DNA of 64,000 nucleotides from Paragordius varius (lineage: Eukaryota > Animalia > Nematomorpha), in NCBI GenBank assembly GCA_964247055.1, contig OZ176055.1, positions 8,618,001 through 8,682,000 of the forward strand, read 5' to 3'. Both the position numbers and the translations under genes were made by a program. Below, one piece after another: positions 1 through 12,741 of this stretch (positions are counted from its first letter, which is position 1; the number at the start of each line of letters is the position of its first letter). Under the pieces are notes generated by a model that was given only the letters and a program-made list of their open reading frames with translations, did no database searches and was not told the origin of the DNA.

Positions 1-327
1 ATATACAATTTAAATTTACCCTTAAACAATTCAAATTCACCCTTAAACAATTCAAATTCACTCTTGAACAATTCAAATTCACCCTAAAAATAAATTTTAT
101 ATTTTCGGGCTAGTATAACTCATGATTAATATAAATTATATTCTTATGGCATAGTATATTATTTTTTCAGTATTATATTAAATTTAAACAAAACTTTATT
201 TTTTGAAAATATAAAAAAATATAGTAATTTTTAATTTTAAAAAACACATAATCTATTTTAGGGTGAATTTCAATTGTTCGAGGGTGAAATTGAATTGTTC
301 GAGGGTGTATTTGAATTGTAAACGGTA
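1..327. mobile_element. MITE family A copy, left end at or beyond the window edge
   Basis: 21-bp units acaattcaaattcacccttaa on the left arm, inverted units (agggtgaatttgaattgt) on the right arm, shared AT-rich core. Confidence 0.85.
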
Positions 328-674
328 GTTAACCAATATAGTATAATGTGGTTAATCGTTAAAAAATGTTAAATAATTATGATGTTGATACAATAATTAC
401 TAAATTAAATTATATAAATGGTAGTATATTAATTTAAAATTTGAATAGAGTATGTAATGTTATGTAAACCTTTATAATTGTTCAAATATATATATTATAT
501 TCCATGAAAAGCATTTTTGCGATTAAATTTTTGTATAATATAGAAAATTATAGTTTATATATATGTTGTTGATAGAGCCTTTTTATTGTTTCACATGATT
601 AAAATCAATTTATATGATGGTTTATTTTTAAAACATTTTCTTTTAAAAAAATTTTTTTATTACATACATTCAAG

Positions 675-2644
675 GTTGCGCATATACCGAAAAAACTGGA
701 ACGTACATTAATACAGAGGGCCGATCTCAAACCACACTACAAGCCATAACACCCCCAGGCCGTGCCAAAGAGGATTGGAAAATTCTGAGAGCTTTTTCCG
801 AATTTATACACGAATTTCAAGTTATACATAAACTTGTGAGCAGTGATCCTTTATCATTACCCAGGGGTACTCAACCCAATGCAACGGCAAAAAGTTTAAC
901 TTCAACCCTAAGTGGGATAGGTGAATTGGATCAAGAGTTACAAACTATTACCACCGACAAAAATTTGACAAAGTATGTCTTTTTTTCAACAAAATGCATT
1001 CAATATATGTATATCATTTCAATTTTCATATTTTTCTGAAGTAAAGATCGATAATAATCCGTTTTAGCCACATAGTAGTGTTTGTACCTAGGTGTACTCA
1101 TAAATTTTAACCGATTTTTTTGGTAAAAAAACTATGCAATTTTGTAAGGAAACAAAATAATTTATTTTAAATTATAGACTTTTGAACATTTCGCCCATCT
1201 CTCAGGTAATATATAAATGCCATCTCATAAAAACTGATTTTATCTTGTGAAAAATTCTTCAAGCCATTTTTTAACGTTTTTTAAACTATCAAAGTGTTGC
1301 TATTTGGCGTTGATTCAAATCGTGGGGGACCCATTTTTTTCCGAGTATATTGGTCTCTCCTATTGCTCGTAGACATATATTGATTGTTTTTTGTGATATG
1401 TGGAATGCTTCTGCCAATTGTTGTTAAGTTTGAGTTGGTTTACCCAATAATTTTCGTACTTTAATCTCTTTGCAGTTGTGTGGTATAGAGTACTCACTCA
1501 TTTTCACGTGATATATTAATGTATCGTCTGCGTACTTTTCACTAGCTTCTTCTCTTAGTTAAATCGGTATAATTTATGACTACGTCTGGTATATAATGGT
1601 ATATTTTTGGTATATAAAGATAGATTTTTATTTATCTTCAACTTACGACCCTTTAAATTTATATTTAACACACTCGATGGAATATTGTTAGACACTTTTA
1701 TTCAAAAAAATATTTAAACCAATTATATTCAACTATGCATAGACCATGAATCAATATATGATTTTTGCAAACGTCTGACAACAATATGTATGATTAGTTT
1801 AAAATTTATGTACTGATTTCTTTCGTTATGGAACATTTTATCATAAGCAGTTATTATTTTAAAAAAGTCATAAAACTATTTGATGTAAAGCATTGTAGAT
1901 GATATCGCCATTCTAATTTTATAATTAAATCCTTGTTTCTAGACATTATGTGTTACCGTATGAAGATTTACGTGGAGTGCGTCATTTATTGCACACTTTG
2001 GCAGCTGTGAGAAATGGAAATATCCTAAACTATGGAGTTATAAATGCCAATTCAAACGATGCCCAATACGAAGAACTTATGTCCTTTGTTCGATCGTCGG
2101 AACAATTTAATTCTCATTATCAAAAGAGCTTACGGAAAGTATAATCATAATTTAATTTTAATGTTTTGATGTTTTTAAAAACTTAGACTTTATCTAAATA
2201 GTAAGCTCATGACTTATAATCAGACACTTTTATTTTTTTATAAGTTCTGGTTTTTTTATATCTAAATGGTCAAAGTTGTATTTAGTTTAAAAATTGGGTG
2301 TTTTCGAATTTCATCATCAGAAACCTAATTATATTATTTTAATATATTTTATGTGTTTGAAAAAAAAAACAAATATAAATTACGCAAAAAATGGATATTT
2401 TATACAAAAAAGGTCAAAGCGTTGTTTAACTTGTTTTAAATTCATAATTTTTATTTTCTTTTAGCTTGAGGAGAATAAAAACTTTGTCCTTAAACCCGAA
2501 TATTTGACGCTAAAAGAATTTTATATGACCAACACGATTTCACGAGCCTCAGTTACTATGGCTAAATGTGTTCAAGCCGCTCGTGAGGCCGAAAAAACCA
2601 AATATTTTACACAACAAGAAAATTTGCGCATCGGTGCAGCATAA
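675..2644 (+). CDS. NDUFS1: NADH:ubiquinone oxidoreductase 75 kDa subunit, last three coding exons (675-972, 1943-2138, 2465-2644); 5' part lies left of the window
   Basis: Manual translation gives [43 protein letters not shown]...[10 protein letters not shown]...[26 protein letters not shown], matching the NDUFS1 C-terminus. Splice phases are consistent (AA|gtatgt..ctag|A; AAA|gtataa..ttag|CTT). Stop TAA at 2642-2644. Confidence 0.95.
1087..1589 (-). mobile_element. Internally deleted mariner (Mos1-like) element in an NDUFS1 intron
   Basis: ~30-bp imperfect TIRs (cctaggtgtactcataaattttaaccgattt / aaatcggtataatttatgactacgtctgg) flanked by TA. The minus strand reads [23 protein letters not shown], the mariner transposase C-terminus. 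Confidence 0.85.
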
Positions 2645-3190
2645 ATAATAGGCTTTTTTACTCTTTTCTTATCAAAAATTATTTTATTTAATCATAATTT
2701 ATCTTTTCCTGGATTGTGTAATTTATTTGGAAAGCTACAATATGTCACAAAATTAACGCACAATAATTAAAATAAATTGAATAAATGAGGAGTTTGTTGA
2801 AATTTATAGTTATGTATTTTTAAGTTGTTGCTATAATTTAACAATTTAGGATAAAGTTTCAAAGTAAAATGGCATTATTTCTTCAGATATAATTAGTTTT
2901 TTCATTTTATGCTTCTTTTTTAAATTTTAAGTAAAAATAATGATTAAAATCCTGGAAGCCCCTAAAATGAGGTTTATTTTACACAAAACCTAAAATATTA
3001 AAGAAAAATTATGCTAGCAAACCTTTTAGATTAGATTTTTTCCAACTATTTTAAAAAACAATAAAAACTAATAAACAACAAACTTAACGGCATAAATTTC
3101 TTTTATTTATTCGATATATTTATTTAAATTAAAATTATGCTATTTCCAAGTCACACTTCAATAAAATGTATGGAAAGCTTGAAAAGCTAT

Positions 3191-6100
3191 CTATCTATCT
3201 ATTTCGCCAAATACAACATCCATAGTACCTAAAAAATAAAATTTCATTATTTTTAAATGTTTGTTTATTTTAAAATCTTAATTTATACAATTGATAAAAA
3301 AGTATCATTAAAACGCTTATAATTTGGCAAAAATATAAATAATATTAAAAATATATTACTTTAATATTCATTTGAAAATATCATCCTTAGTTCATAGCAA
3401 ACAAGAAAAATAGCGATTTCCAAAATTTAAAATTTATATTACAAAATGTAAAAAACAATAGTATTTTTTTGGAAAAAAATATATTATGTTAAAACTATAT
3501 AACTTACCAATAATGGCGACTATATCTGCAAGGAAAAGATTTTTTCCAATTTTATCCATTGCTGCCTAGAAACAAATAACATTTTTTTTTCATTAAAATT
3601 AACATTTTTATGACAATGCGTTTTATACCTATAGCAAACAAGTTTAATAACTTTTATTAGAAAAAAATAAAAAAATATGAATATTTTTAATATTTCCTTG
3701 TTCTAAAATAATTAATTTAATAAAAAAAGCATTAAAATGCAGGGCTAAAAATTATAAATTAAATACGAAAAAATATAATTAATTTACTAAATGTGGGAAG
3801 CCTGGAGCACGTATCTTACAACGGTAAGGTCGACTCGTTCCATCCGAAACCAAATAAACACCAAATTCACCCTTTATATTATCATAAAATAAAAAAGATA
3901 TTCAGTGGTAAAATATGTAAATAATCCAAAAATTAAATATTAAAATTAAGTTAACCAGAGAAGTGTAATGGTAAAACTCGTTAAGAAGCAATACTTGATA
4001 ATAATTAAAATTATAAAATAAATTTAAATTATATTAGAACAGCTAATATTTTTTTGTGATTTTTATTTCCTTGATTTTTCTATATACATAGCCTCTATGG
4101 AGGTAATTTAAAGTCAGAGCCTTAACCATAATTAAATCAATTAGCCTACTTTTCCTATTAATCATAGGAAAAATTAAAGATTCAAGCATATTGTTAGCTT
4201 TTTTACAAAACAGTGTATACGTTTTAAATTACATCTCTATATTTGCGAATTGCTTTATATACTTAACGTATCAAAATTTATTTAATATATAAAGAAAAAT
4301 TTTCCTACATATCTTTTTTAAAGGACACGTTGATTTTTTTTCTACGTAAACTATTTATTAAGAATTTGGAAATATATAATTAAATGTTTTACCAATTTAC
4401 ATTTCATTTATCTGCAATTCAAAACGATAAGTTATATATACCATTTACAGTTCAAATTCACCCTTGAACAATTCAAATTCACCCCCGAACAATTCAAATT
4501 CACCCTCGAACAATTCAAATTCACCCTCGAACAATAAAAATTCACCCTCGAAAAATTCAAATTCACCCTAAAAATAAATTGTGTGTCGAACTAATATAAC
4601 TCATTATTTATATAAAATATATCTTTATGGCATAATTTATTACTTTTTCAGTATTTTAATTTAAAACAAGATTTTATTTTTTAAAAATATATTAAAATAT
4701 AGGTAATTTTTAATCTTAAAAACATGTTATTTATTTGAGGGTGAATTTGAATTGTTCGAGGGTGAATTTGAATTGTTTAAGGGTGAATTTGAACTATAAA
4801 TGGTATATATATAAAATCAGCATTTTAAAAATATGGTTATTCTTCAAAAAAATCTTAATTTTTTTTATTTTGTTTGTATGATATCAATTTTTACAATATT
4901 TTATCCAAAAAATTAAAATTTTTAATAATTATCATTAATAATATAGTACTTTAGGTGCTTCAACTGCTGTATATGTACTCCCTGGAGGTACCTGATAACC
5001 TTCAGTAAAAAGTTTAAAATGATGTATAAGGGCTTCCATGGAATTCTAATGAGGAAGAGAAAAAAATATATGTTTGCTTTAATAATTTAAAGACGGTGTT
5101 TAAACGAAAAAAGCCACATATAAAATCTAAAGTATTTTATTAATTTTGCAATATTTTATATATACCATTTACAATTCAAATTCACCCTTGAACTAAGAAA
5201 TTGTGTTTTTGGGCTAATATAACTCATTATTCATATGTAATCATTATGGCTTAGTTTATTATTTTTAGTATTATTTTAATTTTAATTGAATTGATTAAGG
5301 GTGAATTTGAATTGTAAGAGGTAAAAATATAAAATTTGATTTACTATTACAGTAAAAATTAAAATTATAAGGACAAAACATAAATGGTAATATTTTGTAT
5401 ATTTATCAAGCAGATAGCCTACAATAACAATGATGTATACAAAATAACTGAAATTATACGAAAAAAAATAAAAATATAAAAACATATTTTTTTCTAAAAG
5501 ACAACCATACTTTTTAAATCTTAATATATTTCAATATAAATCATTGTTTAAAATGACAAAGTGTAAATTAGATATCCATTCTATATTTTACAATTGTATC
5601 TAAATAGCTTATATGGGATACATTTACGTTTTAAAAAGTATGGTTGTCTTTTAGATAAAAATATTTGTCTTTATATTTTCACGTTTTGTCAGTATAATTT
5701 CAATTTTTACTGTAAAATTAAATAATGTTCCAATATACATCTTCCTTAATTCTGAACCCAAAATAACTTATGTTGATAGAAATCACGGAAATTCAAATAT
5801 GAGTTTTCTTATCCCACTAATATTTAGTTTTCTATATATTTTAAATTTTTTATTGCATTTCGAAAAGATTTTAATGAAAAAAGTATTAATTCTTTTACTT
5901 GATTTAGCATTTAACAATCATTTTAAAATATTATATATACAGTAAAATAAGAAATTATACGGACAAAACGTAAAATATAAAGACAAATATTTTTTACAAA
6001 AGACAACCATGTTTTTTAAATCTTAATTTTTTTTATATATCTGCTTGTTTTAAACTGCAAATTATATAATGGATTGTGTTACCAATAAACACGTCTATCT

Positions 6101-9100
6101 CATACTTTATAGTCTAAAACAATAAGGAATATATATACAAAAATTAAATTCAAAAAGTATGGTTGTCTTTTAGAAAACAATATTTGTCTTTATAGTTTTA
6201 AGTTTTGTCGCATTCAGTTTTACCTTCATTTCTGCCCTCGTAGGCGGTGATATTTTATTATCATCGACTTTAATTTCCCCGGGTGGCATTTTATTCAAAC
6301 ATTGAAGGATAATTTTAACACTTTCACGCATCTCAGCTACGCGACACAAATATCTAAAACAGTTTAATTTTATATTAATTTTTAAATTTAATTAAAATGT
6401 AAAAATTTAACAAATATAAATTTAATAAAATTTTAGTCAATTAGATCTAGGTTTAATGTATGTTTATTTTTCATTACACCTAATTAAGAAAGTAAAGTAT
6501 ATAGCCAAAAATATTAGACCAAACAATATTCAAACAATTTATATTAATATAACTAATCCAAAAAATATTTTCGAAAATTTGCATTTATTCTTAAAAATTA
6601 TATACAGTTTAGAATCTCTTTTTCTTTTATATATATATATATATATTTAAAAGGTAAGGACTTAAATTGTATCCGGACATGTGAAGGAAAAATTACGTTT
6701 AAGATCCGGCGCCCTACCTACTATACCATCAGGCCTTGCATTTAATTCAAACTTATAAGGATATATTTTTACTTCACTTTCTTCAAACCATTGAATTTTA
6801 ATTTTTTGGGTAAAAAATTCAAAAAATTGTTTTTTATAAATCAAAAATAAGTTTGTTATAAAGAGTAACACTTACCTATCATAACAATCACCCTTTATAC
6901 CAATGGGTACATCAAATTCAACTTTATCATACGCATCGTACGGTTGAGATTTTCGTAAATCCCATTTTATTCCACTACCTCGGAGCATGACCCCACTAAA
7001 TTATATTAAATATAAACTCTTTAAATAAAATAATTTTTGAAATTTAACAGTTAAACGGTTATAACTGTATAGCATTAGTTAAAGTAGCGGATAAAGTTGA
7101 CAAATAATTCAAAAACAATTTTTAATCATCTATATATTTATGAAAATCCAAATAATTAATATAATTAAATTAAGGTAAAGTTATAACTTACACATCTGCA
7201 AATATATTCAATTATATATTTTAAAATTAAGGTTTACAAAAGTATGGTTGTTTTTGGCAAAAAATTATGTTTTTGACACTTTTCTTATATGTCGCTTGGA
7301 ATTAATATATTAAAATTTTACTGTAATTAATAAAAATTAATGAAATTATTTAAAAAAAACTTATTTAAGAATCTTACCTAAAAATTGAGATTAAGTACAT
7401 CTTAGGCATTTACGACCCCAACATAATGGTTGTTATTTTTCGTAAAAAAATATTTATTAAAAAAAAACTCAACAAATAAAACGCTTCTGCGGGAAAAATA
7501 ACTTACTATAATTACAGTAATTTCAATTTACCTAAAACCCTAATAATGCTTCTTCATGAAGAGACAATGTACACTTTATACGTCTAAAAAATATTCAGTT
7601 TTGACTTTAATAAAAAAATTTTTATAAGTAACTCATCAACATACTTAATATATTTATACTTTAACATTTTTGTAATTTTACAGTTTTTATATATATAAGA
7701 AGAAAAAAAACTCACCTAAAATCCAAATTAAGTGCATCTTAAACAATATCATACCTTTTACGCTTTATTATATTTAATTTTTCTGTAATTAAACAATATT
7801 TTGGATAAATTCATAGCTTATTCTGTTGTACTTCTCAGATTTTAATCTAAATTTAATGTTTAAAAATAAAAAATATAAATTTAAGAAAAAAACTCACCTA
7901 AAACCCAAATTAAGGGCATCTTTAACAATAATTCATACTTTTACGCTTTATTATATTTAATTCTTCCTGCAATTATACAATATTTTGCATAAATTGATTG
8001 CTAATTCATTTAAGTTATACTTCACAGATTTCAATGTAAATTTAATATTTTAAAATGTAAAAAATTATAAATTTTGAAAAACTCACCTAAAACCCAAATT
8101 AAGGACATTTTTAACAATACTTCATACTTTTTAAGCTTTATTATATTTAATTTTTCCTGTAATTAAACAATATTTTTGATAAAATGATAGCTAAATCTTT
8201 AAAGTTATACTTTTTAAGTTACACTTCTCAAATATTTAATATTTTAAAATAGAAAAGAATATAAATTTAAGAAAAAAAACTCACTTAAAACACAAATTAA
8301 GTGCATCTCTAACAATAATTCGTACTTTTCCGCTTTATTATATTTAATTTCTCCTGTAATTAAACAATATTTTGCATAAATTGATATAGAATTCTTTTAA
8401 GTTATACTTTTTAGTATTTAATATTTTTATAATTTTTCCTGTAATTAAACAATATTTTGGATAAATTAGTAGCTTATTCTTTTAAGTTGCACTTCACAGA
8501 TTTTAATGTAAATTTAATATTGTAAAATGAAAAAGATTATAAATTTAAGAAAAAAACTCACCTAAAACCCAAATTAAATGCATATCTAGAAATAATTCAC
8601 TTTCACGCTTTATTATATTTAATTTTTCCTTAAACTATATTTTTGATAAATTGATATAGAATTCTTTTAAGTTGTACTTCTCAGAATGTAAATTTAATAT
8701 TGTAAAATAAAAAAGATTATAAATTTAAGAAAAAAAACACTCTTTTAAATTGTACTTCTCAGATTTTAATGTAAATATATAATATTAAATGAAAAAGATT
8801 ATAAATTTAAAAAACACACACTCTATTTAAGTTTACTTCTCAGATTTTAACAGGAAATTTAATATTTTAAAATGTAAAAAGAATATAAATTTAAGAAAAA
8901 AAACTCACTTAAAACACAAATTAAGTGCATCTCTAACAATAATTCGTACTTTTCCGCTTTATTATATTTAATTTCTCCTGTAATTAAACAATATTTTGCA
9001 TAAATTGATATAGAATTCTTTTAAGTTATACTTTTTAGTATTTAATATTTTTATAATTTTTCCTGTAATTAAACAATATTTTGGATAAATTAATAGCTTA

Positions 9101-12100
9101 TTCTTTTAAGTTGCACTTCACAGATTTTAATGTATTGTAAAATGAAAAAGATTATAAATTTAAGAAAAAAACTCACCTAAAACCCAAATTAAATGCATAT
9201 CTAGAAATAATTCACTTTCACGCTTTATTATATTTAATTTTTCCTTAAACTATATTTTTGATAAATTGATATAGAATTCTTTTAAGTTGTACTTCTCAGA
9301 ATGTAAATTTAATATTGTAAAATAAAAAAGATTATAAATTTAAGAAAAAAAACACTCTTTTAAATTGTACTTCTCAGATTTTAATGTAAATATATAATAT
9401 TAAATGAAAAAGATTATAAATTTAAAAAAAACACACTCTTTTAAGTTTACTTCTCAGATTTTAACAGGAAATTTAATATTTTAAAATGTAAAAAGAATAT
9501 AAATTTAAGAAAAAAAACTCACCTAAAACCCAAATTAAGTGCATCTCTAACAATAATTCATACTTTTCCGCTTTATTATATTTAATTTTTCCTCTAATTA
9601 AACAATATTTTGGATCAATTGATACCTAATTCTTTTAAGTAATACTTTTTAGTATTTAATATTTTTATAATTTTTCCTGTAATTAAACAATATTTTTGAT
9701 AAATTTAAAAAAAACACACTCTTTTAAGTTGCACTTCACAGATTTTAATAAAATATTTAAATTTTATATTTTAAATAAAATAATTAAAAGTTTAAGAAAA
9801 AAACTCACCTAAAACCCAAATTAAGTGCATCTTGGGCACTAACGACCCCAATATCAATGGTACGAGACCGGAAAATGCGATTTGCCGTTAAAACATCCTC
9901 CATTTCATCAATGCGTTGAGGGTATTGAGTTGCCCACTCATAGATGTCATCTAAAAGTCCCAGGGGTAGATCCTTTTTATAGGTAAAAATAAAAATTTAT
10001 AAAAATTAATAATTTGCTTTAAAAAAAACTAGATTTTGAAAAGACTTTTTACCACCAAATTTGTGGATTTAAAGAGAAAAAAGTATAATTTTTACAAAAA
10101 AATATTTCGATTTTATTATCAGTGAAAAAGTAAATGATTGGAAACTTATCAAGGGTTTTTCTTCCAACAAGGAGGTATAACCCTGATCATTGGAAATATT
10201 TATATTTTATAATAAATTAATCAAATCGATTTTTTAAAAAAAATTAAAAAATATCTTTTCGTAAAATATTATTTTTCTTCATTTTAAATTTTAAATGGAA
10301 AAAACACTTGAACACGTTTTAAATCACATTATTCGAAAAAAATATATGAGAAAATTTTATTTTGGATAATAAAATTAACTTTTTTTGGGATATAAAATAA
10401 ATATATATGGTTAAATTATGTGGATAACGGTAATGGTTTGTTAAATTAAAATGCGTGTTTACCTTTCGTTGTGTCCATTATATATCAATTGAAAAAAAAT
10501 AGTGGTTATGTCTCACGTATTTAATTTCAATTTATTTTACATTATTTTAAATTTATTTTTAAACAACTCCCAATAATGCTTATGTGCAAAAATTTGAGTT
10601 TTTAAATAAATTTTCTTTTATTTTCTACCTAATTCACGACGCATTACAAATCGTATCAAAAAAATTAAATCCAAAATATTAAATTTTTAAATTAATATTT
10701 AAAATACCTGAGCAACGCCACCTGGTCTGACATATGCTGCATGAAGGCGTGCTCCCGAGGCCCTCTCATAAAATTCCATTAACTATCGTAATAATATATG
10801 ATTAATATAAAAATACTGTTTAAAATGATATAATTAATATATAAATGGAGTGCTAAAATTTTAAGAAAAGATGTTTTAATATTTTAATATAACCTATATT
10901 ATTTCAAACAACCCAAAAAAATAGATAATATTAAAAGAAAAGCAAAGTTTAAAAATTTAATTTATTGCATACTTTAAAGTTTTATCCTTATTGTTTTAAA
11001 TATTTTACACTGGTCGATATAAATTTATTCTTTTAAATACATCAATTTATATATTTTTAATATTATAATCAAATGAATGATAAATTTTTAAAAATAGAAG
11101 TACTATTTGAAGATTTAAAAAAAATTTAAAAAATAAATTTAACTTTTTCTCGTTCTTCAAAAAGCCAAAATAGGGGTGTCATAGCGCCAATATCTAAGGC
11201 ATGCGTCGTAATACCCATTATATGATTCTTAATCCGTGTGATCTCCCCAAATAAAACTATTTTTTTTCATTAATATAAATATACATAATAAAATATTTAT
11301 TAATTATTTTTATAAAAAAGTATGTTTTCAAAGTAGTTTAATTTAAAATATTTTAATAAATAATTATCGAAATTGATAAAAAAAAGTACAAAATGGAATG
11401 GATACCAATATTTATATACTCAAATTAACAATTCACATATCTATATGTGTGATTTTGTAGAAAATAAAAACAAAAATCAACATATTATTAAGCAAAAACT
11501 AGTTTCATTTGTAAATAAACTATCATAATTTTTTCATATAGCAAAAAAACAAAAAAAAAACCTCTAATCCACTTTGCCCTTTCGGGTGTATTTATACCCA
11601 ACAATTTTTCAACAGCAAGGGAAAAGCATTGTTCATTACACATCATACTAACGTAATCAAGGCGATCGAAATAGGGCAAAGCTTGCGTATAAGTTTTGTA
11701 TTCAATCAACTTCTCAGTTCCTCGATGCAAATATCCTATGTGAGGGTCAGCTCTTTTTACCGTCTATTTTATTATCGTGAATAAAGAGGGATGATTTTTA
11801 TAAATAGAATGTAATTATATATTTTTACTTTATACTTTAAATTTTAGTTTATATTTTAATTTTATTTTTTGCGTTTGACAAAGATTACTTGTAGTAATCG
11901 AAATATTATCGTGAATAAAGATATAATTTTTATAAATAGAATGTAATTATAAGAAGGATTTAATAGTTTAATTTATTAAAAAAAATTGGTATGTTTGAAG
12001 ATAAAATGTGTATATTACAAAGTAATAGTCATGTATTAAATAAATTATTCAATCCATAAATATTACAAATAACAAAATATAAATTTAAAAAAAAAATATA

Positions 12101-12741
12101 TATATTACCTTAAAAAATTATTATTTTTAAAATTACCCTGCTGTAAAACTTATCAAAAGCACACTTTTAAATTATATGGAAAATTAATATCTATTTTTAA
12201 AAAATAAATTTATACAATAATCTAAATCAATCAAAATTATATTAGATGTAAAACCTCGGCATCTAACTGTAGAATCAATCTTAATACCCCATGCGCAGCA
12301 GGGTGTTGAGGACCAAAATTTAGTTGAAGCGTTCGGACAGAAAATGAAATTATTGGGGATGAAACTAAAATAATAATTATATTGATAAATAAGTATAAAA
12401 GGGATGTTTATATGAAAACAATATTAGAACTTTTATATTTAATATAACTATATAGTTATGTCTTGCTAAATAAGATATAAAAATGATTGGTTAGGCATAT
12501 TTTTTTCCCAATCGTAACCATATATTAGTCTTTTAATCATTTTTCTTTATATAAATAGAAATAAAAATATTTTACAATATGGAACAGGTGGTTTAAATCT
12601 TGTATCCAAATTTTCTGGAACTAAGCTTGGTCCATACGTTTTTTCAAACCATTCGGCATCCGGGGTCCATTGATGCATAGTTCTTAGAAACCCAAGTTTA
12701 TACCATGCTTTTGAATTTCTTGCAATATTTTTAAGTAACAT
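3191..12741 (-). CDS. NDUFS2: NADH:ubiquinone oxidoreductase 49 kDa subunit, 12 exons (12741-12576, 12364-12255, 11763-11562, 11256-11144, 10782-10708, 9972-9809, 6995-6876, 6353-6224, 5045-4950, 3871-3788, 3565-3508, 3228-3191)
   Basis: Motifs [80 protein letters not shown] and [12 protein letters not shown] join in frame over GT-AG introns. The basic N-terminus resembles a mitochondrial presequence. Confidence 0.97.
4439..4806. mobile_element. MITE family A, full-length reference copy
   Basis: TA-CCATTTACAGTTCAAATTCACCC ... GGGTGAATTTGAACTATAAATGG-TA; TA flanks; six left and three right 21-bp subunits. Confidence 0.9.
5161..5320. mobile_element. MITE family A, internally deleted copy
   Basis: taccatttacaattcaaattcaccc ... 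agggtgaatttgaattgtaa with a shortened core. Confidence 0.75.
5349..5714. mobile_element. MITE family B (CAGTAAAA TIR, Tc1/mariner-like), left end duplicated
   Basis: TA-CAGTAAAAATT..ctaaaagacaaccatac paired with gtatggttgtcttttaga..tttttactg-TA. Confidence 0.8.
5940..6223. mobile_element. MITE family B copy abutting the NDUFS2 exon-8 donor
   Basis: cagtaaaataagaaattatacggacaaaacg..aaaagacaaccat / gtatggttgtcttttaga..gttttgtcgcattcagtttttac. Confidence 0.85.
7370..9830 (-). repeat. Tandem array in NDUFS2 intron 6: ten copies of the exon-6 3' end plus donor; basic unit ~180-200 bp, higher-order unit ~620 bp
   Basis: Plus-strand motif actcacctaaaacccaaattaagtgcatct recurs at about 7378, 7532, 7716, 7898, 8087, 8285, 8562, 8909, 9177 and 9523 and at the true junction 9809. 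8257-8880 is nearly identical to 8881-9495. Confidence 0.95.

Noticed and set aside
1-90. 21-bp direct repeats resembling a CRISPR array or iterons
   Set aside because: There are no unique spacers and inverted copies lie on the other arm; these are MITE family A subterminal repeats in a eukaryotic intron.
7370-9830. Repeat-spacer-like pattern as CRISPR, or as a mutually exclusive exon cluster
   Set aside because: The sequences between motifs are themselves homologous, and only the last ~24-50 nt of the exon is copied, so there are neither unique spacers nor full alternative exons.
3191-12741. NUMT or bacterial nuo-operon origin for the complex I genes
   Set aside because: Both genes have many spliceosomal introns, NDUFS2 has a presequence-like N-terminus, and the two are convergent rather than co-oriented.
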